Positions 9,788 through 19,446 of a DNA stretch of 64,000 nt are shown in pieces. Position 1 is the first letter of the stretch, and each line of letters starts with the position of its first letter. This DNA comes from Gammaproteobacteria bacterium (GTDB taxonomy: Bacteria; Pseudomonadota; Gammaproteobacteria; UBA4575). The notes below the pieces were generated by a model. It was not told the origin of the DNA, did no database searches, and worked only from the letters and a program-made list of their open reading frames with translations. A program made the position numbers and the translations under genes. The stretch spans positions 896,001-960,000 of the forward strand of contig CBDEUS010000002.1 in NCBI GenBank assembly GCA_965243395.1, read 5' to 3'.

Positions 9788-9817
9788 AAATATCCGCTTT
9801 CGGCCAAAAGCGATCAT
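9788..9817 (+). repeat. Imperfect palindromic site, right border of putative gene cassette
   Basis: AAATATCCGCTTTCGGCCAAAAGCGATCAT; inner arms CGCTTT/AAAGCG around a 6-bp spacer CGGCCA; direct repeat of 8379-8408. Confidence 0.6.
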
Positions 9818-9826
9818 TTATTTTGT

Positions 9827-11182
9827 TTATAAAAGCAACCAGGTTGCTAAACCTAAAAAGGCAAAGATTCCGATTACATCGGTAATAGTAGTGAGCACTA
9901 CACCACCGGCCAGTGCGGGATCAATTTTAAGTTTGCGTAAAATAATTGGAATTGTGACGCCAGCAAGTGCGGCGCAGATTAAATTTGCCGCCATGGCCGC
10001 AGCGATGATGCCGGCCATTTTGATGTCTTTGAACCACATGGCTACGACGGCTGCGACAATCACGGCCCAAACCATACCGTTTAAAAAACCTACTGATAAT
10101 TCTTTGATAAGTAAAAGTTTGGAATTACTGCGCCCGATTTGTCCTGTAGCGATTCCGCGAATAACCAGGGTTAACGTTTGGCTTCCCGCGATACCTCCCA
10201 TACTGGCAACAACCGGAATTAATATTGCAAGTATTATGATTTTTTCTAAAGTAGGCTGGAATAAACTAATTACCCACGCTGCCAAAAATGCAGTGGCTAA
10301 ATTTACTGCTAACCAAATTGAACGACGTCGAGTGGAGGCGACTACCGGTGCAAATAAGTCTGCTTCTTCGGATAAACCTGCTTGTCGAAATACTGAGTGT
10401 TCCGCTTCTTCTCGAATCACATCAACTACGTCGTCTATAGTGATACGTCCGAGTAGTTTATTGTTTTCGTCTACTACTGCTGCAGAGACTAAATCTAAGT
10501 CTTCAAATGTTTTTGCCACAACATTGTCTTCTGTGCTTGCATCAAATGCTTCAACGGTATTATCGAGTACGTCTCGCACGAGTTCAGTAGGCTTGCTGGT
10601 AAGCACTTTAGACAATGGTAATGTGCCGATGTAATGATCATAGCGGTCAACTACAAATAATGAATCGGTAGCTTCGGGTAATTCACCTCGTGCACGTAAA
10701 TAGCGAAGCACTACATCTAGCGTTACGTCTCGACGAACTGTAACCGTGTCCGTATTCATCAAACCGCCAGCCGTGTCTTCATCATAGGACAATACGGCTT
10801 CTAGGCGTTGCCGGTCTTGGAAATCCATACTCGATAACGCTTGCTCAGTTACCGTATCGGGCAAGTCGGCGAGTAAGTCTGCGAGGTCGTCTATCTCTAG
10901 ACCTTCGGTAGCAGACACCAAGGCATCGCTATCCATAAGTTTGATTAAGCCATCGCGAACCTCATCTCCCACATTTAGCAAAATCTCACCATCATCATCA
11001 TGATCAAGCATGTTCCATACAATGCCTCGCTGAGAATGAGGTAGCGCTTCAAGTAAGTTGGCAATTTCTGCAGGGTGAAGTGCATTTAAAATTCTACGCG
11101 CACGCTGCATGGTGCCACTTTGTAGAGCATCACCAATGACCTTTAAGGTTTGGTCTTGAAGTTGAATAACGGTTTCAGACAT
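9827..11182 (-). CDS. mgtE: Magnesium transporter MgtE
   Basis: MgtE N-domain, CBS pair (TAGGLM, GRITIDD), TM region MGGIAGSQ and IDPALAGGVVLTTITD. Confidence 0.96.
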   Translation of the reverse strand: MSETVIQLQDQTLKVIGDALQSGTMQRARRILNALHPAEIANLLEALPHSQRGIVWNMLDHDDDGEILLNVGDEVRDGLIKLMDSDALVSATEGLEIDDLADLLADLPDTVTEQALSSMDFQDRQRLEAVLSYDEDTAGGLMNTDTVTVRRDVTLDVVLRYLRARGELPEATDSLFVVDRYDHYIGTLPLSKVLTSKPTELVRDVLDNTVEAFDASTEDNVVAKTFEDLDLVSAAVVDENNKLLGRITIDDVVDVIREEAEHSVFRQAGLSEEADLFAPVVASTRRRSIWLAVNLATAFLAAWVISLFQPTLEKIIILAILIPVVASMGGIAGSQTLTLVIRGIATGQIGRSNSKLLLIKELSVGFLNGMVWAVIVAAVVAMWFKDIKMAGIIAAAMAANLICAALAGVTIPIILRKLKIDPALAGGVVLTTITDVIGIFAFLGLATWLLL

Positions 11183-11294
11183 TTGGCACCAGTTGTTTTA
11201 ATTTTGCGCGCGGCAAGTGTAACCGCTAGTAGGCGAGTTGCCAAAGCAAAAAAGGAAAGTGTGATACTTGTCTGTTTGGGTGTTTAGAACAAGA

Positions 11295-13025
11295 TTATTG
11301 GTTTAAAGCATCGACCATTGGAGCTATTTTGCTGGGTACGGTGGTGCTTAATATTTTTTTTGCCTGTTTTTCAAGATCTGAGATTTTGCTTTTATTTATG
11401 ATTTGCTTAATTTCTAGTAGGTTCGATGGATGCGCACTAAATTCTTGCAAACCAAGACCCAACAACAAACGAGTATAACGAGGATCACCGGCCATTTCGC
11501 CACACATCGCAACAGGTATATCCGCACGACGCCCTGCTTGTAAAGTTATATTGATTAACTTCAATACGGAGGGATGTAGCGGGTCGTAGAGATAATTTAC
11601 CTGGTCATCGATGCGATCAATGGCCAATGTATATTGAATCAAATCATTTGTACCAATGGACAGGAAGTCTAATTGCTTGGCTAAAATATTTGCCGAGAGC
11701 GCTGCTGCGGGTACCTCAACCATGCCACCCACGGGAATCTCGGCATCAAATTCTTTGTGCTCTTCCATCAGTTCTTGTTTGGCCTGATCTAGAATTGTCA
11801 AAGATTGTGTGAGCTCATTATGGCTTGTGATCATGGGTAATAAAATTCTTACCGGACCACTTGCAGAGGCGCGTAGTATGGCGCGTAGTTGTTGTTTAAA
11901 TAAATCGGTATCCTTGAGCGATCTACGAATTGCACGCAATCCTAATGCGGGATTTTGCGTCATTGGGCCTTGAAAATCTGGATCAAACTCTTTTTCTGCG
12001 CCTAAATCGAGTGTGCGAATTGTTAAAGGTTTGCCTTTTAATACTCGAATAATTTTTTTATAGGCATTTAATTGCTCGGCTTCATCAGCAGGTGTTTCGC
12101 GGTCAATATATAAAAACTCAGTTCGGTATAAACCCACTCCATCAGCGCCCGATTTTTTAAGTGCGCTAATATCCTCAGATAGTTCTATATTAGCTTGCAA
12201 GCTTATACGTTGTCCGTCTTTGGTTTTTGCAGAAATATTTTTAAGTGAACCAAGTTTACGTTGTGCGTCTTTCTGTTCACGTTGGATGTGACGATATTCT
12301 TTGATGGTGTTTTCATCCATCCCGGCAAGCACCATGCCGCTGCTGCCTTCAAGGATTAATTGCTCTTCTTGTTGTAATAATGAACGTGCACTTTGGATAC
12401 CTACTACTGCAGGTATTCCTAAGCTTCTAGCCAGTATGGCGGTATGAGAGAGTGGTCCGCCAAGCTCAGTGATAAAGCCCGCAATGTTTTGGTTTTGCAT
12501 CACAACGGTATCTGCAGGAGTAAGATCGTCTGCCACAATGATGCTGCCTTTTAGAGGCTGAAGCTTCATTTGCATTGTGTATTGCTGATCTTTCAGAATT
12601 TGTTGGATTAAATTAATTACATGTTCAACATCATTCAAGCGAGTGCTTAAGTAGTCATCTTCCATTTGCTCAAAAACAGCTTCTAACTTATCGCGCTGTT
12701 GTTTAAGTGCCCATTCTGCGTTGCAGTGCTCTTCTTGAATAATTTCAATCGGGACCTTGCTTAACATCGAATCTTTCACCATTAGCAGGTGAGAGTCGAT
12801 AAACGCAGCTACATCTTTTGGAGCGTCTTCAGGTATCGTATCGCGTATGCCGCGCAATTGTTCGGCAGCCTCGTCTACTGCCGCTTCAAAGCGTTCGATT
12901 TCAGAATCGATTTCATGTTCTTCTAATTTGCGCTCAAAGACTTCAGGTGCACCACGATTTAGAAGATGCACATTGCCAATGGCAATACCACGAGATACAC
13001 CAATACCGGATATGATTAATGCCAT
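11295..13025 (-). CDS. ptsI: Phosphoenolpyruvate--protein phosphotransferase (Enzyme I, no GAF domain)
   Basis: SHTAILARS (phospho-His), GVGLYRTEFL, SIGTNDLIQY, CGEMAG. Confidence 0.95.
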   Translation of the reverse strand: MALIISGIGVSRGIAIGNVHLLNRGAPEVFERKLEEHEIDSEIERFEAAVDEAAEQLRGIRDTIPEDAPKDVAAFIDSHLLMVKDSMLSKVPIEIIQEEHCNAEWALKQQRDKLEAVFEQMEDDYLSTRLNDVEHVINLIQQILKDQQYTMQMKLQPLKGSIIVADDLTPADTVVMQNQNIAGFITELGGPLSHTAILARSLGIPAVVGIQSARSLLQQEEQLILEGSSGMVLAGMDENTIKEYRHIQREQKDAQRKLGSLKNISAKTKDGQRISLQANIELSEDISALKKSGADGVGLYRTEFLYIDRETPADEAEQLNAYKKIIRVLKGKPLTIRTLDLGAEKEFDPDFQGPMTQNPALGLRAIRRSLKDTDLFKQQLRAILRASASGPVRILLPMITSHNELTQSLTILDQAKQELMEEHKEFDAEIPVGGMVEVPAAALSANILAKQLDFLSIGTNDLIQYTLAIDRIDDQVNYLYDPLHPSVLKLINITLQAGRRADIPVAMCGEMAGDPRYTRLLLGLGLQEFSAHPSNLLEIKQIINKSKISDLEKQAKKILSTTVPSKIAPMVDALNQ

Positions 13026-13034
13026 TTAATTTTA

Positions 13035-13304
13035 TTACTCTTCTTCATCAAATAAATTTGTAAACAAATTTTCTATTTCTGTCATTGCTTGCTGTTCATC
13101 TTCCCCTTCGATGCTTACATTTACAATTGTATTTTGGCTTGCGGCTAGCATCATTACACCCATAATACTTTTTCCATTAATTTTTCGTTCTCCCTTTTGA
13201 ATCGAAATTTCGCTGGCGAAGTTAGAAGCCAAGGCTACAAGCTTCGCCGCCGCACGAGCATGCAATCCAAGCTTGTTCGCCACTGTGAGGTCTTTACTGA
13301 TCAC
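13035..13304 (-). CDS. ptsH: HPr/NPr phosphocarrier protein
   Basis: GLHARAAA (His15) and GKSIMGVMML (Ser46 site). Confidence 0.92.
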   Translation of the reverse strand: MISKDLTVANKLGLHARAAAKLVALASNFASEISIQKGERKINGKSIMGVMMLAASQNTIVNVSIEGEDEQQAMTEIENLFTNLFDEEE

Positions 13305-13335
13305 ATAAGTCCCTAGTTATTATTATGTTTTTTCT

Positions 13336-13740
13336 TTACTCGTTCATTTGGCAATCAATAATGCCGTCATGTGCGCCGCTAAGCGCTTTTTGTACTAATC
13401 CATCTAAATCCAATTTGGGGTAATTCATGACACGAGTAAGCATGGGTAGACTCAGTCCAGCAATTACATGCACGTCTATATTTGTGCTTTGTTTAAGTTT
13501 ATTGCAGATATTGCTAGGCGTTGACCCAAAAATATCTGTTAATACTAAAACGCCATCACCTTGGTCAATTTCTTCACAAATATCTTTTGCTTTAGCTAAA
13601 AGCCCTTCAGGATTACAACTTTCTGAAACAGATAAAGTTCTGCATTCTAATGGTAGTTGGTTTCCCAACATGGACTTTGCGGTTATCAGTAGTTCGTGAC
13701 CTACTTTTCCATGGGTAATAGTAAGAATTGCAACAGACAT
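13336..13740 (-). CDS. PTS EIIA component, mannose/fructose family
   Basis: ITHG, VLVLTDIFGSTPSN, GLSLPML. Confidence 0.9.
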   Translation of the reverse strand: MSVAILTITHGKVGHELLITAKSMLGNQLPLECRTLSVSESCNPEGLLAKAKDICEEIDQGDGVLVLTDIFGSTPSNICNKLKQSTNIDVHVIAGLSLPMLTRVMNYPKLDLDGLVQKALSGAHDGIIDCQMNE

Positions 13741-14603
13741 TAGTTTTCTAAATCTCGATGACGAACAGAGATATGTGTATCTTCAAAATTCTTAAAATGT
13801 GCAGCTAAATTTTCAACAATATGAACTGAGCGGTGATGTCCGCCTGTACAGCCTATGGAAACATTTAAATAGCTACGATTTTCCTTGGTAAAGAAAGGTA
13901 ACCATTTTTCAATAAAATCAGCAATTGAAATGATCATTTCTTTGACTTCATTATGCGATTGTAAAAAATCGATCACTGCATCATCTTTACCTGTGAGCTT
14001 ACGAAGAGACTCCTCCCAATAAGGATTGGGTAAGCAACGTATATCAAATACATAATCGGAATCATTGGGTACTCCATATTTAAACCCAAATGATTGCAAT
14101 AGGATAGTAAGCTTAGGCGAAGTTTTTTTGCAGACTTGTGCTGTAATAATAGAACGTAGCTCGCGCACATTTGTTGAGGTTGTGTCAATGCGTAAATCTG
14201 CCAGTAGCACTAAGTCTTCAAGGATGTGTTTTTCCATTTGAATGGCTTCCACTAATGGTAAGCCGTTCTTGGTAAGCGGGTGTTTGCGACGTGTTTCGCT
14301 ATAGCGTTTGATCAATGTTTCTTCATTAGCTTCAAGGTGAACCAGTTCTAGTTCAATTCCTCTATCTTTAATTGCTTCTACAATTTCAGGAAAAGAAATA
14401 ATGTCTTTGCTTGCATTACGAGCATCTACACCTATAGCAATTTTTTCGTAGTACAGCGAGCTAGAACTAATTAGATGTTCAATACAGCTGAGTAACATGC
14501 CAAGCGGAATGTTATCAATACAATAGAAGTCGTCATCTTCTAAAGTATTAATCGCTACAGATTTTCCTGAGCCCGAAAGACCACTGACAATAACTAATTT
14601 CAT
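13740..14603 (-). CDS. rapZ: RNase adapter RapZ (P-loop protein)
   Basis: SGLSGSGKS, RYSETRRKHPL, SFGFKYG, LPNPYW, GCTGGHHRSV. Confidence 0.96.
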   Translation of the reverse strand: MKLVIVSGLSGSGKSVAINTLEDDDFYCIDNIPLGMLLSCIEHLISSSSLYYEKIAIGVDARNASKDIISFPEIVEAIKDRGIELELVHLEANEETLIKRYSETRRKHPLTKNGLPLVEAIQMEKHILEDLVLLADLRIDTTSTNVRELRSIITAQVCKKTSPKLTILLQSFGFKYGVPNDSDYVFDIRCLPNPYWEESLRKLTGKDDAVIDFLQSHNEVKEMIISIADFIEKWLPFFTKENRSYLNVSIGCTGGHHRSVHIVENLAAHFKNFEDTHISVRHRDLEN

Positions 14604-14617
14604 TATTTATTCTTACT

Positions 14618-15577
14618 TCACTGCATAGATTTTTTTTGGCGTTCAATAAAATCTTCACTGGCATTGTAACCATTCTTAATTAGTAAATGATCACGCACAG
14701 CTGCTTCTACTAGTACCGCTAAATTTCTGCCCGGCGCCACAGGTAATGAAATCGTGGCAATATCTACGCCAAGAATATTGGTTTTTCTTTCTGATAATCT
14801 AAGTCGATCTTCAGATTTAGGTACGTTCATCTTGGGAGGGATTAGATCAATAATTAATTTAAGAAATTTATTAGATTTAATTGCACTATCACCATACATC
14901 TCACGAATATTTAATACCCCTAATCCACGAACTTCTAAAAAGTTTTTTAACAAATCGGGGCAAGTGCCATTTACAGTTTCGGGTGCGATGCGTGCAAATT
15001 CAGGTGCATCATCTGCGATTAAACGGTGTCCTCGACTAACAAGATCCAGGGCGAGCTCACTTTTTCCTAGACCACTTTTACCCGTTATTAACACTCCAAC
15101 ACTGATCACTTCCATAAAAACACCATGCAGTATTTCTTTTTCTGCGAGGGCTTGGGTTAAGTAGTAACGTAATTGATCAATTAACTCATTACTGGAGAGT
15201 GAAGAACAAATAATTGGCAAATCATACTTGAGAGAGTGTTCCCTGAAACTTTCAGGTGGTGTTAGACCATCACTAATAAAAATTGCGGCAGATTTTCTTT
15301 GGAATAATTGGGTAAGCAAATTTTGTAAAATATTATCATCAGCTTTGTTGAAAAACTTTAATTCAGTTTCACCAAGAATTTGAGCTTGGTTTGGGTGTAT
15401 TAAATTAAAATAACCCACTAAGCCAATTTCAGAGGAAGAGAAAGATAAGCGGGTGAAACCGAGGCCACTGTCTTTATTTCCAGACCACCAATTAAGATCT
15501 AGGTTTTCTTTGTTTTTTGAAAACAGATCTATAGTTTTAAGCGCTACAGTAGCATCTTGTGGTTTTCCAACAGCCAT
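14618..15577 (-). CDS. hprK: HPr(Ser) kinase/phosphorylase
   Basis: HGV, Walker A GKSGLGKSE, LIADD, LEVRGLG, PGRNLA. Confidence 0.95.
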   Translation of the reverse strand: MAVGKPQDATVALKTIDLFSKNKENLDLNWWSGNKDSGLGFTRLSFSSSEIGLVGYFNLIHPNQAQILGETELKFFNKADDNILQNLLTQLFQRKSAAIFISDGLTPPESFREHSLKYDLPIICSSLSSNELIDQLRYYLTQALAEKEILHGVFMEVISVGVLITGKSGLGKSELALDLVSRGHRLIADDAPEFARIAPETVNGTCPDLLKNFLEVRGLGVLNIREMYGDSAIKSNKFLKLIIDLIPPKMNVPKSEDRLRLSERKTNILGVDIATISLPVAPGRNLAVLVEAAVRDHLLIKNGYNASEDFIERQKKSMQ

Positions 15578-15661
15578 ATAGTTTATATACAGCTCTATTT
15601 AGAACTGATCAAGATAAAACTCAGTTTGATGTGCAGTGAACGTAAAAGTTGTGCCCGAAAG

Positions 15662-16129
15662 CTAGGCAGCGAGGTGTTTTGGGTCTTGGGTGAGAATCTG
15701 ATACAGCTCTGAAGCATTATTAGATTCTTGGATGGATTTTCGTAATTGCTCATTGTCGAGTAGTTCCGCAAGGCCCGCTAAAAGCTGCAGGTGATCCTCG
15801 TCTGCGTCTTCAGGTACGATCAGGCAAAACAAAAAATTCACTAAGTGTTCATCGCTAGCTTCAAAATCAACACCTTCCTCTAATTTAAGGATTGATACAA
15901 AGATATTATCCAGCTCTTCTAATCGGCAATGAGGAATTGCAATTCCATTACCTAAGCCTGTGCTTCCCAGCTTTTCACGTGCGAGCAGCGCATCAAGCAC
16001 TTTATTTTTGTTTACACTAGTATCTTGATGAGCTATTGCCTCACTTAAAATTTCAAGTGCTCTTTTTTTACTACTAACCGAGGGAGAGAAAACAATCCCT
16101 TGTTCAGAGATAAAATCTTTGATTTGCAT
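15662..16129 (-). CDS. ptsN: PTS EIIA(Ntr)-like protein
   Basis: RE.LGSTGLGNGIAIPHCR; position downstream of hpf. Confidence 0.92.
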   Translation of the reverse strand: MQIKDFISEQGIVFSPSVSSKKRALEILSEAIAHQDTSVNKNKVLDALLAREKLGSTGLGNGIAIPHCRLEELDNIFVSILKLEEGVDFEASDEHLVNFLFCLIVPEDADEDHLQLLAGLAELLDNEQLRKSIQESNNASELYQILTQDPKHLAA

Positions 16130-16153
16130 GCTATTGAAGAAATTATTATTGGA

Positions 16154-16474
16154 CTAATGTATTACGTGATGTTCAACGTCACGTTGGTGATGATCTTTAA
16201 GCTTTTCTTTATGTTTAACGATCTGTCGGTCTAGCTTATCTACTAAGCTGTCTACTGCTGCATACATTCCATCGCTTGTTGCCTCAGCAAATATATTATT
16301 GCGACTTACTTGCAAAGACGCTTCTGCATGATGATCATGTTTTTCTACAGTTAAAATTACATGAATATTAATTACATGATCAAAGTGTCTGGTTAGTTTT
16401 TCAAATTTTTTTTCTACGTAGTCCTTTAATGAGGTTGTGATTTTAAGATGTTGCCCCGTTATATTTATTTGCAT
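16154..16474 (-). CDS. hpf: Ribosome hibernation promoting factor (short HPF/RaiA family)
   Basis: MQINITG...YAAVDSLVDKLDRQIVKHKEK; directly downstream of rpoN. Confidence 0.94.
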   Translation of the reverse strand: MQINITGQHLKITTSLKDYVEKKFEKLTRHFDHVINIHVILTVEKHDHHAEASLQVSRNNIFAEATSDGMYAAVDSLVDKLDRQIVKHKEKLKDHHQRDVEHHVIH

Positions 16475-16534
16475 AATTATTCCCTCAATCTTATAGCTAA
16501 TAGTAAATCACAGACTTTAAGAGATTAAAACAGC

Positions 16535-18010
16535 CTAAATGATTTGTTTCCTTTCATTAGAAGGCGGTATTCCTAAAGATTCCCTATATTTAGCAATGGT
16601 ACGTCGCGCAACACTGATGCCTTTTTGTTCAAGTAATAATGCTATTTTATTATCACTTAGTGGTTTTACTTGTGATTCTTCTTTAATTAGTTTTTTAATC
16701 ATGGCGCGAATTGCTGTCGCGGAACAAATTCCCCCATCATTTGTGTTGACATGACTGGAAAAAAAGTATTTAAACTCAAATACCCCACGTGCAGATTCCA
16801 AATATTTATTTGTTGTTACACGTGAAATTGTAGATTCATGCATTTCTAATTCTTCAGCAATTTCGCGTAACACCAGTGGACGCATTGCTTCTTCTCCATA
16901 CTCAAAAAATGCTCTTTGGTGTTGCACAATTGAAGTTGCCACTCGCATTAGCGTTTCGTTGCGACTTTGCAAGCTTTTTATAAACCATCTTGCTTCTTGT
17001 AGCTGATTACGTAAATAGTCTGCGTCTGCGCCATTGCTAGAATCTTTTATTAGGCTTGAATAGACATCATTAATGCGTAATTTTGGTGCACTATCGGAGT
17101 TAAGTCTTACTCTCCAAGTGCCTTCATGTTTTGCTACATACACGTCGGGAATTATATATTCTGCTTTTTGAGTGCTTACTAAATCACCAGGTCTAGGATT
17201 GAGTGATTGAATTAGTTTGATGGCTTCTTCTACATCTTCAATATCAAGTTTTGTATGTTTTGAAATCTGTAGATGATTTTTTGTTGCCACTAAATCTAAG
17301 TGGTGTTCAACAATCATGCGCGCTTCAGGCACAAAAGGAGTTGCATCAATCATCTGTTGCAATTGGATATCTAAACATTCTTGTAAATTCCGAGCACCTG
17401 AGCCAATCGGGTCCAGTCGTTGCACGAACTTTAATATTGCCTCAACTTCATCTAAATCGAGCTGATCTGCATCAATTTCGCGTTCTTTGATTAGATTTTC
17501 ATAAATACTTTCGACCGGCTCCTGCAGATAACCGGATTCATCTAAATAATCGATTAATGTGCTAGCGATAATACGGTCTAAATCTGAGAGGGTACTGAGC
17601 TCTAGCTGCCAAAGTAGATGTTCTTGCAAGGAGTTCTGGTCTTCACTACTTTGATTTTCTAAAAATTCAGAGTAATCGTCAGTTTTCTGACTCCCGGAGA
17701 TGGCGTGACTAGGTTCATAATAATCATCCCACTGGCTATCTGTGGGAAGCTCATCAGGTAAATTTTCGTTTTGACCTAGTTCAGCAACCTCAGTTGTTGG
17801 TTCATCATTTTCATTTTCCTTACTGCTCGGTGTAAGCGTTTCAAGTGATGTCTCATCCTCTGTTTCCAGCATAGGGTTGGTCTCAAAGGCTTCCTGAATT
17901 TCTGCTTTGAGCTCTAATGAAGAAAGCTGCAATAAGCGAATCGCTTGCTGCAGCTGAGGGGTCATCGTAAGTTGCTGACCAATTTTGACTTGAAGTGAAG
18001 GTTTCAGCAT
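16535..18010 (-). CDS. rpoN: RNA polymerase sigma-54 factor
   Basis: MTPQLQQAIRLLQLS region I, HESTISR HTH, RpoN box ARRTIAKYRE. Confidence 0.98.
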   Translation of the reverse strand: MLKPSLQVKIGQQLTMTPQLQQAIRLLQLSSLELKAEIQEAFETNPMLETEDETSLETLTPSSKENENDEPTTEVAELGQNENLPDELPTDSQWDDYYEPSHAISGSQKTDDYSEFLENQSSEDQNSLQEHLLWQLELSTLSDLDRIIASTLIDYLDESGYLQEPVESIYENLIKEREIDADQLDLDEVEAILKFVQRLDPIGSGARNLQECLDIQLQQMIDATPFVPEARMIVEHHLDLVATKNHLQISKHTKLDIEDVEEAIKLIQSLNPRPGDLVSTQKAEYIIPDVYVAKHEGTWRVRLNSDSAPKLRINDVYSSLIKDSSNGADADYLRNQLQEARWFIKSLQSRNETLMRVATSIVQHQRAFFEYGEEAMRPLVLREIAEELEMHESTISRVTTNKYLESARGVFEFKYFFSSHVNTNDGGICSATAIRAMIKKLIKEESQVKPLSDNKIALLLEQKGISVARRTIAKYRESLGIPPSNERKQII

Positions 18011-18021
18011 ACCTTCAATTA

Positions 18022-18038
18022 TGGCACGAAAATTGCTT
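18022..18038 (+). promoter_or_regulatory. Sigma-54 -24/-12 site oriented opposite to rpoN, in its leader
   Basis: TGGCACGAAAATTGCTT matches TGGCAC-N5-TTGCW and lies 11 bp from the rpoN start codon. Confidence 0.8.
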
Positions 18039-18155
18039 CTAAAATACTAATTATGGTAACTGCTCGTCGTCTTAATGGCGCATACAGTACATCATAAGAA
18101 TTATTCCTAGTGTACTAATGCGACATTTATTTGACAGTATTGTGTGTGAATAAAA

Positions 18156-18884
18156 CTAATTGAGTGTGAAGTTTGAACCAAGATAGACATCTTGCACTTC
18201 TTTGTTGCGTAATAAATTCTCTGGCGTACCTGATGCGAGAACACGACCTTCGTTTAGAATGTAAGCGTGATCACATATGCCTAAAGTTTCACGGACATTA
18301 TGATCTGTAATGAGTAAACCTATACCTTTATCGCGCAGCTCTTTTAAGATGCGTTGAATATCTTTTACAGCAATTGGATCAACACCAGCAAAGGGTTCAT
18401 CAAGTAGTATAAATTTAGGCTGCGTTGCAAGTGCTCTCGCAATTTCTGCACGTCTTCTCTCGCCACCGGATAAACTTAAGCCTTTATGATCACGTATATG
18501 TTCAATTTGTAAATCATCAAGTAACGACTTGCATTCTTGTTTTCGCTGGTTGCTTGTTAAGTTGCCACGTGCTTCAAGACTTACCAAAATATTTTGTTCT
18601 ACAGTAAGTCCGCGAAAGATTGAAGCTTCTTGCGGTAAATAACCAATACCATGTTTAGCGCGTTGATGCATAGGCATACGAGTGATGTTACTTTCATCCA
18701 ATAAAATTACTCCATCATCACAATGGATTAGGCCTACCAACATGTAAAAGCATGTAGTTTTACCCGCACCGTTGGGGCCCAATAAACCAACAACTTCACC
18801 AGATTTAATCTCTAGTGAAGCATTATCTACCACTACACGTGATTTAAACTGTTTGCACAGGTTTTCTGCACTAAAAATACTCAT
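18156..18884 (-). CDS. lptB: LPS export ABC ATPase LptB
   Basis: [45 protein letters not shown]. Confidence 0.96.
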   Translation of the reverse strand: MSIFSAENLCKQFKSRVVVDNASLEIKSGEVVGLLGPNGAGKTTCFYMLVGLIHCDDGVILLDESNITRMPMHQRAKHGIGYLPQEASIFRGLTVEQNILVSLEARGNLTSNQRKQECKSLLDDLQIEHIRDHKGLSLSGGERRRAEIARALATQPKFILLDEPFAGVDPIAVKDIQRILKELRDKGIGLLITDHNVRETLGICDHAYILNEGRVLASGTPENLLRNKEVQDVYLGSNFTLN

Positions 18885-18921
18885 TAATCTAATTGTGAAT
18901 TATTGATTTGTAAGAGTTTTG

Positions 18922-19446
18922 TTATTCAGATGCATCTTTAACAGTTTCTGGAAATACCCTGATATTGACACGATCGTTACCAGAACTACTACCAGCTTTA
19001 ACAATTTCTTTATCTGTAAAAAAAGTGATGCTATCACTAGCAAAGGTATTTCCAGCTTCGGTTAATTTTGCGTTATTGGTCAAAACTATTTTATTTTCAG
19101 TGATGCTGTAAACCATTTTTTCGGCTTCAGCATTAATTAAACGTCCATCATCGGTTTGCTGCTTAAACGTACTTAACTTGCCTTCAGAAGTAATCTTTTT
19201 CACTTTCTTGTTTTTCGTTTCTAGGACCACTACGTCACCCGTAAGGCGCATACTTCCTTGAATTATTTCGACATTACCTTTGTAAGTACTAATACCCGTT
19301 ATGTCGTTAATTTCTGCAGAATCAGCCTGAATATTTATTGGTTTGGTTGAATCATCTGAGAGGGCATTTGCATAATCACTGAGTAGAAGCATGAATACTA
19401 AAGCGAAAATAAGCTTAATAAAAATTTTAACTTTATTATGGATCAT
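18922..19446 (-). CDS. lptA: LPS transport periplasmic protein LptA
   Basis: Signal peptide, ALSDDSTKPINIQAD, GNVEIIQG; lies between lptC and lptB. Confidence 0.9.
   Translation of the reverse strand: MIHNKVKIFIKLIFALVFMLLLSDYANALSDDSTKPINIQADSAEINDITGISTYKGNVEIIQGSMRLTGDVVVLETKNKKVKKITSEGKLSTFKQQTDDGRLINAEAEKMVYSITENKIVLTNNAKLTEAGNTFASDSITFFTDKEIVKAGSSSGNDRVNIRVFPETVKDASE

Noticed and set aside
9756-10634. 292-aa plus-strand ORF
   Set aside because: Antisense shadow of mgtE; Ser/Thr/Ala-rich with no recognisable motifs.
11183-11294. Mg2+ (M-box) riboswitch upstream of mgtE
   Set aside because: The gap is only ~110 bp and has no recognisable M-box sequence; it fits a simple promoter (TTGGCA-N17-TACACT, minus strand).
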